Shown piece after piece: positions 26,261 through 35,825 of a DNA stretch of 64,000 nt. The notes under the pieces are model-generated. The model saw only the letters and a list, made by a program, of their open reading frames with translations. It made no database searches and was not told the origin of the DNA. The position numbers were made by a program, and so were the translations under genes. The DNA is from Candidatus Babelota bacterium (GTDB lineage: Bacteria > Babelota > Babeliae > Babelales > Babelaceae), in contig JAMCTG010000002.1 of the NCBI GenBank assembly GCA_023379005.1, forward strand, positions 14,333 through 78,332, written 5' to 3'. Each line of letters begins with the position of its first letter. The stretch's first letter is position 1.

Positions 26261-26284
26261 GGGACATGGTCTAGACCGTGTCCC
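26261..26284 (+). terminator. hairpin terminator candidate
   Basis: gggacatgg / ccgtgtccc: 9-bp stem with one G-U pair, containing the GGTCTAGACC palindrome; the downstream tract is AT-rich, not a pure T-run. Confidence 0.4.
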
Positions 26285-26308
26285 AATTAATTATTTTAAG
26301 GACTTAGA

Positions 26309-26638
26309 GTGTTCAAAAAAATTTTTGCTTCAATATTATTATCTTTCAATTTTTTATGTGCTACTAATCACTTTGAAATTGAAAAGATAGAAATTCAAGT
26401 TTCCCCTAGAACAGCAAAAAAAAGAGATATTAATAGGATTTTTTCAGATTTGGATAATTTGCAAAACGAACATGATCAAGAAATAAAAAAACAGAAATTG
26501 CTGGATTTAATCACACAATTATCAAACTTTGAGGTGCAAGAACTAATAAATGGAATGGTGAATTATGCCAGCTATAATACTATTCATGAAGAAACTCAAA
26601 AATTATTTTATAAAATACTAGTAAAGTTAACAACGTAA
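26309..26638 (+). CDS. small exported hypothetical protein
   Basis: 109 aa; GTG start with AAGGA 6 nt upstream; hydrophobic leader MFKKIFASILLSFNFLCA. Confidence 0.4.
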   Translation: MFKKIFASILLSFNFLCATNHFEIEKIEIQVSPRTAKKRDINRIFSDLDNLQNEHDQEIKKQKLLDLITQLSNFEVQELINGMVNYASYNTIHEETQKLFYKILVKLTT

Positions 26639-26653
26639 AATAAAAGGATGTGG

Positions 26654-26977
26654 ATGTTAAAAAAATTAGTTTTAGCTTTGTTATTTTTTAATATTTTTTT
26701 TAATTCTTATGCGATGGAACCAAATTTAGATGACGAAGCTGTGGCTCAAATATATTACGAGACTGAAGCAAAAAAATTACTTTTCCAATTAAAACAAGTA
26801 AAAAAAGAAATTGATAAGTTCGAAGCAGAAAAATTACAAACCATTATTAGTAAGTTACATATTTCCAAACAAGGCTCAATTGGGTCTATTTTAAAAGTGC
26901 TGGGTAAAAAGTTAGTTTCTGATGCAGAAATTTTACCTTTATTTGTATCTATGATTGCACAAATGCAACAAGTTTAA
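26654..26977 (+). CDS. small exported hypothetical protein
   Basis: Start at the second ATG (26654, AAAGGA 5 nt upstream); leader MLKKLVLALLFFNIFFNSYA/M; helical, K/E-rich. Confidence 0.4.
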   Translation: MLKKLVLALLFFNIFFNSYAMEPNLDDEAVAQIYYETEAKKLLFQLKQVKKEIDKFEAEKLQTIISKLHISKQGSIGSILKVLGKKLVSDAEILPLFVSMIAQMQQV

Positions 26978-27178
26978 TCACTGACTAACGGTACAAACTT
27001 GCTTTTGTAATTTTTCTAAATAGTTTGATGTATCTTTATGTAACTCTCTTAACAAGCTTTCAGCTTCTTTGTCGCCTGCTTTTTTTGCATCATCTATTGC
27101 ATGTTTTTCTAAGAACCAAGTAATTTTACTTAATTCTGCCATTAATTTAACTTTATTATAACTACAGTTATCTAACAT
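26978..27178 (-). CDS. small helical hypothetical protein
   Basis: 66 aa, no leader; its stop abuts the stop of the convergent 26654-26977 gene with zero spacer. Confidence 0.35.
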   Translation of the reverse strand: MLDNCSYNKVKLMAELSKITWFLEKHAIDDAKKAGDKEAESLLRELHKDTSNYLEKLQKQVCTVSQ

Positions 27179-27344
27179 TATCTGTCCTTTGAAAAATAAT
27201 ATAATTTACCGACTTTTTTTATTTGTAATGTACATTTTCTTTTCTAAAAATTTCAATATTAATTTTCAAAGGTATCATCTGCCAATCAAAATTTGTTAGG
27301 CTCTGAGCAAAGATACTTTTATATTTAGAAAAAGGTTGGGTTTT

Positions 27345-28601
27345 ATGAAAATAACCAAAATTTTAGCTAGAGAAATTTATGATTCTCGTGGTTGGCCTAC
27401 CGTGCAATGCGAAATAATTTTAAATAACCAATTTTCGGTTAAATCTAGTGTGCCTTCAGGAATATCAAAGGGGCCTTATGAAGCAATTGAATTACGAGAT
27501 GGTGGTAAACGTTTAAGTGGTCAAGGCGTTTTAAAAGCAATTGAAAATATTGAATTATTTTTAGCTCCGCAATTTTTGTCAAAAGAACCAAATGGTTTAG
27601 AAATGGATATGAAAATTTTGGCAGCAGATTCGACTCCAGACAAATCTAAGCTTGGAGCAAATGCAACTTTAGCTTTAAGTATGGCATTATACAAAGCTCA
27701 AGCATTTTCTGAAAATGTTGAACTTTATGAACTTATTGCTTGGGTTTTTGGTTCAGAAACTGTTTCATTGCCATTTCCTATGTTTAATTTAATCAATGGT
27801 GGTTTACATTCTAATAATAATTTAATTATTCAAGAATTTATGATCGTACCGATTGGTCTTTCCAACTTTAGAGCATCAATGGAAGTTGCGGTGAATGTAT
27901 ACCATGAATTGCAAAATATATTAAAAAAAATGAATCGCAATTTTGCAATTGGTGATGAAGGAGGAATTGCCTGTGGAATAGAAGACGATCTTGAAGCTTT
28001 AGAACTTTTGCAGAAAGCAATTGATACGGTTGTAAAAAATAGTGGTAGTAAATGTGTTATTGCTTTAGATATTTCTGCTGAGAGATTATATAATGCTTCA
28101 AAAAAAATCTATAATTGGGGTGGTGATAAATTATCTTCTGAAGAATTAATGTATGTTTATTTAAATTTATTAGAAAAATATCCTATTTATTCATTAGAAG
28201 ATCCATTTGCAAGTAATGATTTAGAATCTTGGGCAAAATTAAATAAAATAGCTGATGGCAAAATACAAATTGTTGGTGACGATATTTTTGCAACCAATAT
28301 GGCGCGAATAGTAAAAGGTCTTGAACAAAAGGCTGCAAATGCAACGATTGTAAAACCTAATCAGATAGGTACGATAACTGAAACTTTACAAACAATAAAA
28401 ATGTGCAAAGAAGTTGGGGTAAATACAATCGTTTCACATAGATCTGGAGAAACTGAAGACAATTTTATAGCAGATTTAGCTGTCGGAGCAAGTGCCGGCC
28501 AAATTAAAGCAGGTGGATGTGCTCGCGGTGAACGAATAGCCAAATATAATCGTTTACTTACAATTGAAGATAAATTAGCTCTTCATTTGCTTAATACTTG
28601 A
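27345..28601 (+). CDS. eno: enolase (phosphopyruvate hydratase)
   Basis: MKITKILAREIYDSRGWPTVQCEI..., IGDEGG, VGDDIF, KPNQIGTITET, SHRSGETED enolase signatures; start set at the ATG at 27345. Confidence 0.92.
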   Translation: MKITKILAREIYDSRGWPTVQCEIILNNQFSVKSSVPSGISKGPYEAIELRDGGKRLSGQGVLKAIENIELFLAPQFLSKEPNGLEMDMKILAADSTPDKSKLGANATLALSMALYKAQAFSENVELYELIAWVFGSETVSLPFPMFNLINGGLHSNNNLIIQEFMIVPIGLSNFRASMEVAVNVYHELQNILKKMNRNFAIGDEGGIACGIEDDLEALELLQKAIDTVVKNSGSKCVIALDISAERLYNASKKIYNWGGDKLSSEELMYVYLNLLEKYPIYSLEDPFASNDLESWAKLNKIADGKIQIVGDDIFATNMARIVKGLEQKAANATIVKPNQIGTITETLQTIKMCKEVGVNTIVSHRSGETEDNFIADLAVGASAGQIKAGGCARGERIAKYNRLLTIEDKLALHLLNT

Positions 28602-31112
28602 AAAAGGATCATCTTCCATCGCTATCAATTCTTTAACGCGTTCTTTTACGGGTATAGCGGCAGGCTTCCTTTTTGCTATTAAAGGAGGTTCTGGTATAAT
28701 TTTTTCTTCCTTCACAGTACATCCAAATTCAGAACGCTTTGCTTGTCTAGACCCAGTTGTTTTCCTAATATCTTCTCTAAAATGTTTTGGCTTAATTTCT
28801 GAATTTTTAGCATCATTCAAGTAACCATTTATAATGTCGCGATCTTGGCCATTATTAAAGAATAAATGAGTAATAGGATCGCGGTTGTTATTCAAAATAT
28901 CTGAATTATCAAGATCTTTATCAGAACTTCTAATTTTGTCTGTAGTATAACGGTCCATGCCTTTTCTTAATTTTGGATCTACAATTGTTGGACAAATAAA
29001 TACAACAAGATTATTTTTCACCACAGCCGTTTCAGTTTTACTAAATAACCAACCGATAATCGGAATTTGCCCTAAAATTGGGGTTTGTGTTCTTACTTCT
29101 TGTTCTGTATCTTGCATTAATCCGCCTATGGCTAATACGTTTCCACTTCCAAGATTAGCATTTGTCGTTACACTTCGAGTTCTTCTTGTAAAGTTTGTAG
29201 GATTAGCTGATTCATATTCGTCGATATTAATATCTATTTTTAAATTTAATCTATCTAGCGAACTTATTCTTGGCAAAACAGTTACTTGTATAGAAGCTGG
29301 AACGTCAACTTGTTTGATCGTAATTGTACCACCAGTTGGTGTTCCTTCCGCGTTACCTGTGGCACGTCTTATTGTGACCGATTCAACACTTGCTTTTTGG
29401 TTATTTGTCGTTACAAAAAAAGGATGAGACAAAACTTTAGTATTCAAATTTTCTTTTAAAATTTGTAATAATCCCCAAATTCCACTTCCATTATTATCAT
29501 TGAAAGCAAATATTAAAGATCCTGCACTTACATTTGGATTTGCAAGAATATTAGAAAGTGTAGCCGATGTTGCTACAGGAGCTAATAAATCTGTTGCTAA
29601 TGTTACTGGCTGAGGTGCTGGTGGTGCAGTGGTTATTGATCCTCCATAAACTGTGTTGACGTCAGTAATATGTGAAGCTAAGAAATTTGCTGTATTACCA
29701 CAATCTAATAATCCACCTTTATTTCTAACTGTACCAGCAATTAAATCATCATTTTCTTTTGTAATGTCTAAAATTAAAACTTCAAGAATAACTTGTGGTT
29801 GTGGTTTGTCTAATTTTTGAACTAATTCTTTAATTCTTAAGAAATCACTTTCTCTTGCAGCAATAATTAACCTATTTCCGCCCTGATAAACCTGTCCTTT
29901 TTGTGCTTCAGCCGGACCACCTGCAAGTTGAGTTCCTGTAACGGGCTCTGCTTCTCTTCTAGGTTTTGCAGCTTCAGGCTGAATTATAACACCCTCAAAA
30001 TATCTTTCAGGACCGCCAGCAGCTTCTTTAACCACTTGTTCTTGTCCTGTTCCAATGCTAACAATTCTTTGTAAAACTTTTGCAAATTCATCAGCATCGA
30101 GATATTGAAGATTAATATAATGCAAGATTGATTTTCCAGTTTCTGGAGCGACGTCAATATATTCAGCAATGAATTCTTTAATGCGTTGTACTGCCGTGTC
30201 TTTTCCAATAAGAATTAATCTGTTTAATCTTCCATAAGAAAAAACGCCTGTTCCGGAAGTAAAAAATAAATTACTTTCTGTTTTAGGCCCACTTCTTAAC
30301 GGAAAACGTGAATCTTGAGTTGGAGGAATTAATTCTTTAAATAATTTTACTATTGTATCTGCATTTGTATAAAAAAGCGGGATAACTTCTACCGCTTCTC
30401 TATATCCAGTATTATCAAGGGCTACAACTATTTTCATTGCACTTGCTATATTATTAGCATTGTCTGAGATAATTACTGCATTTGAACGAGGATCATATAA
30501 AAAAATACCTTCAGGTGTTAATATGTCCTTTAACATTGTATTTAAAGGATCTGCCGTATCCTTATTTTCTGGAACACGAATATTTTTTAAATAATATACG
30601 TATCGAATTTTTTGTTCAGTTGCAGGAATATTTTCAGGAGATACGTTAATAAAAAGAGGCATAGGTTCTCTTGAAACATTTGGATCTGTTTTTACAATTG
30701 AAAAAATTCCAGTTTCATCAACAGTTAAACTATAACCAGATAATGTTAAAAAAGTTAGAAGAAATTCCCAAGCTTTGTCTAAACTTATTTTTTCTGGATA
30801 GTTAAATGTAATTTTTTGGTTTATAGCTTGCGCACCTTGTGGCAAAATAATATTTAAATCTTTTTTTTCAGCAATCAAATTTATAATATTTATCAGATTT
30901 TCATCTGTAAAAGAAAAATCTATTAATATTTCTTTTCTTTTTCTTCTTTTTTTTGGTTTTCTATTTGTTTCGTTTTCAATAAGATTTTTGATTTTTAAGT
31001 CGGGCAAATTTTCTGCAATTCCAGAAATAACTGGCTTTTCCTCATTAGATTGAGAAAATAATAAAGAGCTGTCATATAAAAATATCACAAATAAAAGTAT
31101 AAATTTGATCAT
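28575..31112 (-). CDS. secretin A (GspD/PilQ family)
   Basis: 845 aa; leader ...SLLFS/Q; N0-like FSFTDENLINIINLIAEKKDLNIIL...ISLDKAWEFLLTFLTLSGY, N-domains, secretin core VLAIGGLMQDTEQEVRTQTPILGQIPIIGWLFS...LVVFICPTIV; C-terminal extension of about 130 aa; ATGA overlap with the upstream gene. Confidence 0.88.
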   Translation of the reverse strand: MIKFILLFVIFLYDSSLLFSQSNEEKPVISGIAENLPDLKIKNLIENETNRKPKKRRKRKEILIDFSFTDENLINIINLIAEKKDLNIILPQGAQAINQKITFNYPEKISLDKAWEFLLTFLTLSGYSLTVDETGIFSIVKTDPNVSREPMPLFINVSPENIPATEQKIRYVYYLKNIRVPENKDTADPLNTMLKDILTPEGIFLYDPRSNAVIISDNANNIASAMKIVVALDNTGYREAVEVIPLFYTNADTIVKLFKELIPPTQDSRFPLRSGPKTESNLFFTSGTGVFSYGRLNRLILIGKDTAVQRIKEFIAEYIDVAPETGKSILHYINLQYLDADEFAKVLQRIVSIGTGQEQVVKEAAGGPERYFEGVIIQPEAAKPRREAEPVTGTQLAGGPAEAQKGQVYQGGNRLIIAARESDFLRIKELVQKLDKPQPQVILEVLILDITKENDDLIAGTVRNKGGLLDCGNTANFLASHITDVNTVYGGSITTAPPAPQPVTLATDLLAPVATSATLSNILANPNVSAGSLIFAFNDNNGSGIWGLLQILKENLNTKVLSHPFFVTTNNQKASVESVTIRRATGNAEGTPTGGTITIKQVDVPASIQVTVLPRISSLDRLNLKIDINIDEYESANPTNFTRRTRSVTTNANLGSGNVLAIGGLMQDTEQEVRTQTPILGQIPIIGWLFSKTETAVVKNNLVVFICPTIVDPKLRKGMDRYTTDKIRSSDKDLDNSDILNNNRDPITHLFFNNGQDRDIINGYLNDAKNSEIKPKHFREDIRKTTGSRQAKRSEFGCTVKEEKIIPEPPLIAKRKPAAIPVKERVKELIAMEDDPFSSIKQMKS

Positions 31113-31666
31113 AATGTTGACTCTTTAGGTTTTAAAGTTGCAATTACTAAAGTCACATCAACTACATTCTTTTTAGGAACTTTTGTTATTATCAATTCCT
31201 TTGTATAAACTCTTTCATTTTGGTCTATTTTATACAAAAGATTACAAAGTTGCTGCATATTTAAATTTATAAAGCTAGAATCTAATTTTATTTCTGTATA
31301 ATCTTCATTTAAATCTTCTTCTAGAGGTTCTGGCTCTTTAGAAGTATTTGTACCTAAATCCAACTCTCTAATTAGATTTGCCATAAATTGTGCGATCTTA
31401 AAATTTTTGTCCTGCGCCAGTAGTTCATCAACTTCTCTTTTTTGTGCCTGAATTGATTCATACTCTTCTAAAATTTCTTTTACCTGTCTTCGTTGCTCAT
31501 TTATAGTTTTCAATTTTCTCAACAAGAAATTTGTATTACTATTTTGTCTCCAAATTAATAATCCTATCAACGTTAAAAATACAAGATTAAAAATTAATAA
31601 ATATTGATAAAATTGTCTTTTATCTAAATTTATTATTGTATCTTTTAATTTTGCAAAAGTTGCCAT
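31109..31666 (-). CDS. PilO/GspM-like bitopic inner-membrane assembly protein
   Basis: 185 aa; short cytoplasmic N-terminus, one TM (YLLIFNLVFLTLIGLLIW), a coiled segment, then a periplasmic domain; sits between a PilM/N-like gene and a secretin. Confidence 0.5.
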   Translation of the reverse strand: MATFAKLKDTIINLDKRQFYQYLLIFNLVFLTLIGLLIWRQNSNTNFLLRKLKTINEQRRQVKEILEEYESIQAQKREVDELLAQDKNFKIAQFMANLIRELDLGTNTSKEPEPLEEDLNEDYTEIKLDSSFINLNMQQLCNLLYKIDQNERVYTKELIITKVPKKNVVDVTLVIATLKPKESTL

Positions 31667-31675
31667 TTACGTACC

Positions 31676-33301
31676 CTAGCTTTCTTTATTTACCGTGATA
31701 GTAATATTAAAATTAGGCGTTTCCATTCTTGGGACATTATAAAAAGGTCCACTTTTTAATTCTTGTTCAAATATTGTTAATTCAGGAAAACCTTTTACTG
31801 ATCCTTCTAAATCTATTTTTGTTTCATTATCTACATTATAAATTCTAAGTTTTTTTAGCTGCAATCCTATTCCATCACGATCAATTCTTGAACTCAATTC
31901 TTGTAAATATTTCAAAAATGAATATCTATTTTTTGAAGATAACGCAAACCAAATGCTTTCTTCTTTTGCAATTTCAGTTTTTGATACATCAATAGTATCC
32001 TTTAGTGTATTTCTCTTTAATCTTTTTTTGTCTAATGCAAGTCGTCTATTCAATGCAGCAATCGCTTGCTTTTCAGATGCTTCAATTTCGTTTGTTAATC
32101 TTCTCGAATTTAAAAAACCATTTACAATAATAGCTATAAAAATGCACAGTAATAAAATTCCTGCAAATATTAATTGTTTATTTAAAAGAGAGGTTTGTAC
32201 TTTTAAGGAACGTTCTACATAAAGATTAAAATTTTCAGTCAAATCAGATTCTAATGCAGCTGCTAATGATGGTAAAAATGTGTTGGGAATTGTATTTTCG
32301 ACCTTAATGATAAGATTTCCATTATGGACCAATTTGTTTACATTAAATTTTTCAGTTTGAACATGTAATTTTTCTTGCATTAACTCTGGAATTCCATTTA
32401 TTTCAGAAAGGAACCCAGTCAATATAATTTTTGAAACATCATTTGTATCTTTAGTTTTTTCTTTATAAGCAATAAAAGTAAGATGAATTTCATTTAAAAT
32501 TTCTTCACATTCTTGCAAAATTGCTTGTCTTAGTTTTTCATGATCATTTTGTTCTGTTCCAAAACGTGAAATACGTTCAAAAACTTCTACAACATCCATT
32601 GAAAGTTTTGCAGACACTTTTTTAACAAGAGAATAAAAACCTTTTGGAATGACTCTTATGTATTTAATTTGTTTGTCTAAAATTAAAGCAATTCCGGTAG
32701 AATACATGTCAGAAACTATTAAAGCATTTAGCGGTTTTTCTAAGTATTTTGGATTATATTTTAATAGTCCTGCTAGTTCGATTATATCGACTGTAATTTT
32801 ATCAATTTTGATTTGCGCTGCTTCTATAATTGCTAAATTCTCTGCGATAACATCTTTTTTTACTATAACTACTAAGACATCAGATTTTTTTTCTGCCGGA
32901 TATTCTTTTGTGATTATGCAATCTATTACAGCTTGATCAAGTGTAAACGGTAATTGGCTTTCAATTTCAAACGGAACAATTTGTTTAATTTTGTTAAGAC
33001 CAATTATAGGCAATGTTAAATACAAAAATATTGCATTATTGCACGACAAACTTAAGTTTATTGCGTCATATTTAATTTTTTGTAAAAGTATTTTTAAAGC
33101 AGAAGAAGCTCTTTCTTGAAAAGGTATTTCAGTTTCTGGAGCAATAGTTTGTTCAATAATTTTTTCGATTGTTCTTTTATTGCCGCTGAACTGTACAACA
33201 GTGGCACGCACATTATTTTTACTAATTTCTATTCCAACTACTTTTTTACCAAAAATGTAATAGGAACCAATTTTTTCAGGTATGAAAATATTTTTTAACA
33301 T
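31676..33301 (-). CDS. PilM-PilN fusion-like / GspL-like assembly protein
   Basis: 541 aa; N-terminal actin-like PilM pattern (GKKVVGIEISKNNVRATVVQF...), one TM (LIFAGILLLCIFIAIIVNGFL) near residue 375, periplasmic C-terminal domain; overlaps the secretin B stop by 7 nt. Confidence 0.6.
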   Translation of the reverse strand: MLKNIFIPEKIGSYYIFGKKVVGIEISKNNVRATVVQFSGNKRTIEKIIEQTIAPETEIPFQERASSALKILLQKIKYDAINLSLSCNNAIFLYLTLPIIGLNKIKQIVPFEIESQLPFTLDQAVIDCIITKEYPAEKKSDVLVVIVKKDVIAENLAIIEAAQIKIDKITVDIIELAGLLKYNPKYLEKPLNALIVSDMYSTGIALILDKQIKYIRVIPKGFYSLVKKVSAKLSMDVVEVFERISRFGTEQNDHEKLRQAILQECEEILNEIHLTFIAYKEKTKDTNDVSKIILTGFLSEINGIPELMQEKLHVQTEKFNVNKLVHNGNLIIKVENTIPNTFLPSLAAALESDLTENFNLYVERSLKVQTSLLNKQLIFAGILLLCIFIAIIVNGFLNSRRLTNEIEASEKQAIAALNRRLALDKKRLKRNTLKDTIDVSKTEIAKEESIWFALSSKNRYSFLKYLQELSSRIDRDGIGLQLKKLRIYNVDNETKIDLEGSVKGFPELTIFEQELKSGPFYNVPRMETPNFNITITVNKES

Positions 33302-35811
33302 ACTAGTGCTTCCGGTGCTGGTTCTTCTTTTCCATTAATTAAATCACTAAGTCTTCTTTTTTTATTTGAATTTTTAATTTCAACTATTTTTTCGACGTGT
33401 TCAATTGGTACAGGAGCTGGAGTAGTTTCTGGTAATCGTTCTTGGTCTATTGGAGATGTACCTTCTTCTACAAAAAATCTTTCATCAAGATATCTACCTT
33501 TTTTGTTTGCAAATTTATCAAGCTCCGCTAACTCTTTATCTTTTGCAAATTGGTTACTATCTCTGAAGAACCATCTATAAATTGGGTCTCTTTGCTCATA
33601 TTTTCTACGCATACTGCGCAATAATGTTCTGCTTTCATTCATCTTGTCCGTCGTAAATTGTTCAGCAAATTCTTTTTGTGAAGGCATAATAATTTCTGGT
33701 GAAATTAAAATTAAAATACTACTTTTTGTTGCAATTTTTGTTTTGTCTTTAAATAACCAACCAATAATGGGGATGTCACCTAAAATGGGCCATTTGGTTT
33801 GTTCAGCAATTGTGCTAGTTCTTATTAATCCACCTAATGCAAGAACTTCATTATTTGCAACTAAAGCAGAAGTTGATACAGCTTTTTTGAGTCTGTTACC
33901 GCTAGTCGGGTCTGAATCTGTAAATTGTTCAAGAGTTACGTTTACATCTAAATAAACAGTACCATCATGATTAATTAAAGGAACAAGTGTTACTTTTAAA
34001 TTTGCAGGAAGATCTTCAATACTGTCTTGACTCGTGTTACCAACGACTTTAGCTGCTTGAACACGTCTTGTTTCACCTATAGATATTTGCGCAGGATATT
34101 TGTGTGTTGCGATCAAAAATGGATTTGCAACAATACTGACTTTTGTTATCGAATCTAAAATTCTAAGAAATCCTGCGACACCAAAAATATCATTTGCAAA
34201 TGATATTAATGTTGAACCAGCCTGCTGGCCAACTGCTAATGCAACCAAGTTGCCTAAAAGTCGTGTAGCTCCTGTTCCAGTTGGATTTTGAATTGCTGTT
34301 GAAATGCCTGTGTTTTGGAAATTAATATTTGGTATCCCAGTCCCACAACTAAAGCCTGGAACTTTGTCTCTCAATTGTGTACCAAGACTTTTTTGATTCG
34401 TAATATCCACATTTATTATCATAACTCTTATTGCAACTTGGGGTTGTTCAATATCTAATTCATTAATTAAATCTAATATTTTTTTAAAATCATCATAATC
34501 TGATTTTATAATTAAACGATTTCCTGATTTTTCTGGCGTAATTGAGACTTGTTTAAAATATTTTTCTCCTCCACGCACTCCTCCAACTTGGGCAGCAGGT
34601 GTTCCAGTTTGAAACTTTGTTGCTTCAGTTAAAATATTTGCAATCGTTTCAGCGTCAATAAATTTCAGTTGAATAATATTAAGTGGTGAGTAAGGAATAT
34701 CTAGTTCTTTATCTATTTTAGTTTTTATAAATTTTTCAACTCGGGCAATAGCTTCTCTGGTACCAAGGGCTATCAATGAATTGTTTTGTAAATAAGGAAT
34801 CAATCTTAGAGTTTCTGAAAAATAACTTACTGTTGGGGTTCTATGTGGAACAGGTCTCGGTCCATAAGGGGATTCAGGTGGACCTTTTTGAGTTAATGCT
34901 TTGTATAATTCTGCAACTTTATCTGCATCTGCATGTTTTAACCTTATAACCGATAACATTTCAGGCATAGTTGCTTTGTCGAGTTCTATAATGACTCTCA
35001 TTAAAGATTTAATATATCCTGCTTTGTCAGTGATTAAAATTGCTCGAAGATCTGGAAATTCAATTGTAGGTGAAGAAGTTGTACTACGCATTTGTTCTAA
35101 AACACTTTTAACTACAGGTATACTTGTGTTTTCAATGAAATATACATAACGAATTTTCATATCGTTATCCGGCAATAAATTTGGGTCAGTGCCGATATAA
35201 GTTGGAAGTGGAACTTTATTTGCCATTCCCCCGGTTTTGGGATCCGTATTTGTGATACGATAAACATTTTTTGCAGGGCCAGGAACTACAGCAAGTCCAG
35301 ACATATCTAAAAATGTTAAGAAAATATCCCAAACTTGTTTTTTTGTCATAGGCACATGGGATTTAAAAGTAATTTTATTTCCTAAAACATTTTTTCCGCC
35401 CGCAGGTGTAGGTTTAATTTCGTCGTCAGTAATAAATTGAATTTTATAATTTTTTTCAATGAATTGAACTAAATTTGAAAGATCTGCATCTTCAAAATAT
35501 AAAGTTAAAAATTCATTTTCTTCAGTAGTATCAAATGGCTTGGTGTAATCTGCCATGTATTGTTTAGAAGGGAAAGTTTCTTTTTTTGGAATTTCTTTTT
35601 TCTCTTCAAATTCTTGTTCTTCTTCTTTTTTAAGCTGAGCTAATTCTTGACCAATATCTTCTGGTTGAACTATTTTATGTTCAGTTTTTGATGGATCAAT
35701 AATGTCGGGAATAGAATTTATTTTTTTTGAATTAGCAACCTCTGCCGCATTCAAGTGCGTTAAAAATATCAAAAATATTATTAATGGAATTTGTTTTATA
35801 ATATTTTTCAT
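33295..35811 (-). CDS. gspD: secretin B (GspD family)
   Basis: 838 aa; leader; N0-like LYFEDADLSNLVQFIEKNYKIQFI...VWDIFLTFLDMSGL, secretin core VLALGGLIRTSTIAEQTKWPILGDIPIIGWLFKDKT...ILILISPEII; directly downstream of the GspC-like gene. Confidence 0.85.
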   Translation of the reverse strand: MKNIIKQIPLIIFLIFLTHLNAAEVANSKKINSIPDIIDPSKTEHKIVQPEDIGQELAQLKKEEEQEFEEKKEIPKKETFPSKQYMADYTKPFDTTEENEFLTLYFEDADLSNLVQFIEKNYKIQFITDDEIKPTPAGGKNVLGNKITFKSHVPMTKKQVWDIFLTFLDMSGLAVVPGPAKNVYRITNTDPKTGGMANKVPLPTYIGTDPNLLPDNDMKIRYVYFIENTSIPVVKSVLEQMRSTTSSPTIEFPDLRAILITDKAGYIKSLMRVIIELDKATMPEMLSVIRLKHADADKVAELYKALTQKGPPESPYGPRPVPHRTPTVSYFSETLRLIPYLQNNSLIALGTREAIARVEKFIKTKIDKELDIPYSPLNIIQLKFIDAETIANILTEATKFQTGTPAAQVGGVRGGEKYFKQVSITPEKSGNRLIIKSDYDDFKKILDLINELDIEQPQVAIRVMIINVDITNQKSLGTQLRDKVPGFSCGTGIPNINFQNTGISTAIQNPTGTGATRLLGNLVALAVGQQAGSTLISFANDIFGVAGFLRILDSITKVSIVANPFLIATHKYPAQISIGETRRVQAAKVVGNTSQDSIEDLPANLKVTLVPLINHDGTVYLDVNVTLEQFTDSDPTSGNRLKKAVSTSALVANNEVLALGGLIRTSTIAEQTKWPILGDIPIIGWLFKDKTKIATKSSILILISPEIIMPSQKEFAEQFTTDKMNESRTLLRSMRRKYEQRDPIYRWFFRDSNQFAKDKELAELDKFANKKGRYLDERFFVEEGTSPIDQERLPETTPAPVPIEHVEKIVEIKNSNKKRRLSDLINGKEEPAPEALVC

Positions 35812-35825
35812 TTTTTATTCCAGGT

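Noticed and set aside
28361-35149. Short ORFs nested in eno and the secretion operon (28361-28543, 28957-29427, 29984-30208, 31953-32222, 32649-32936, 33116-33298, 33644-33955, 34100-34291, 34901-35149)
   Set aside because: All are antisense to, or out of frame within, long ORFs that have strong family signatures.
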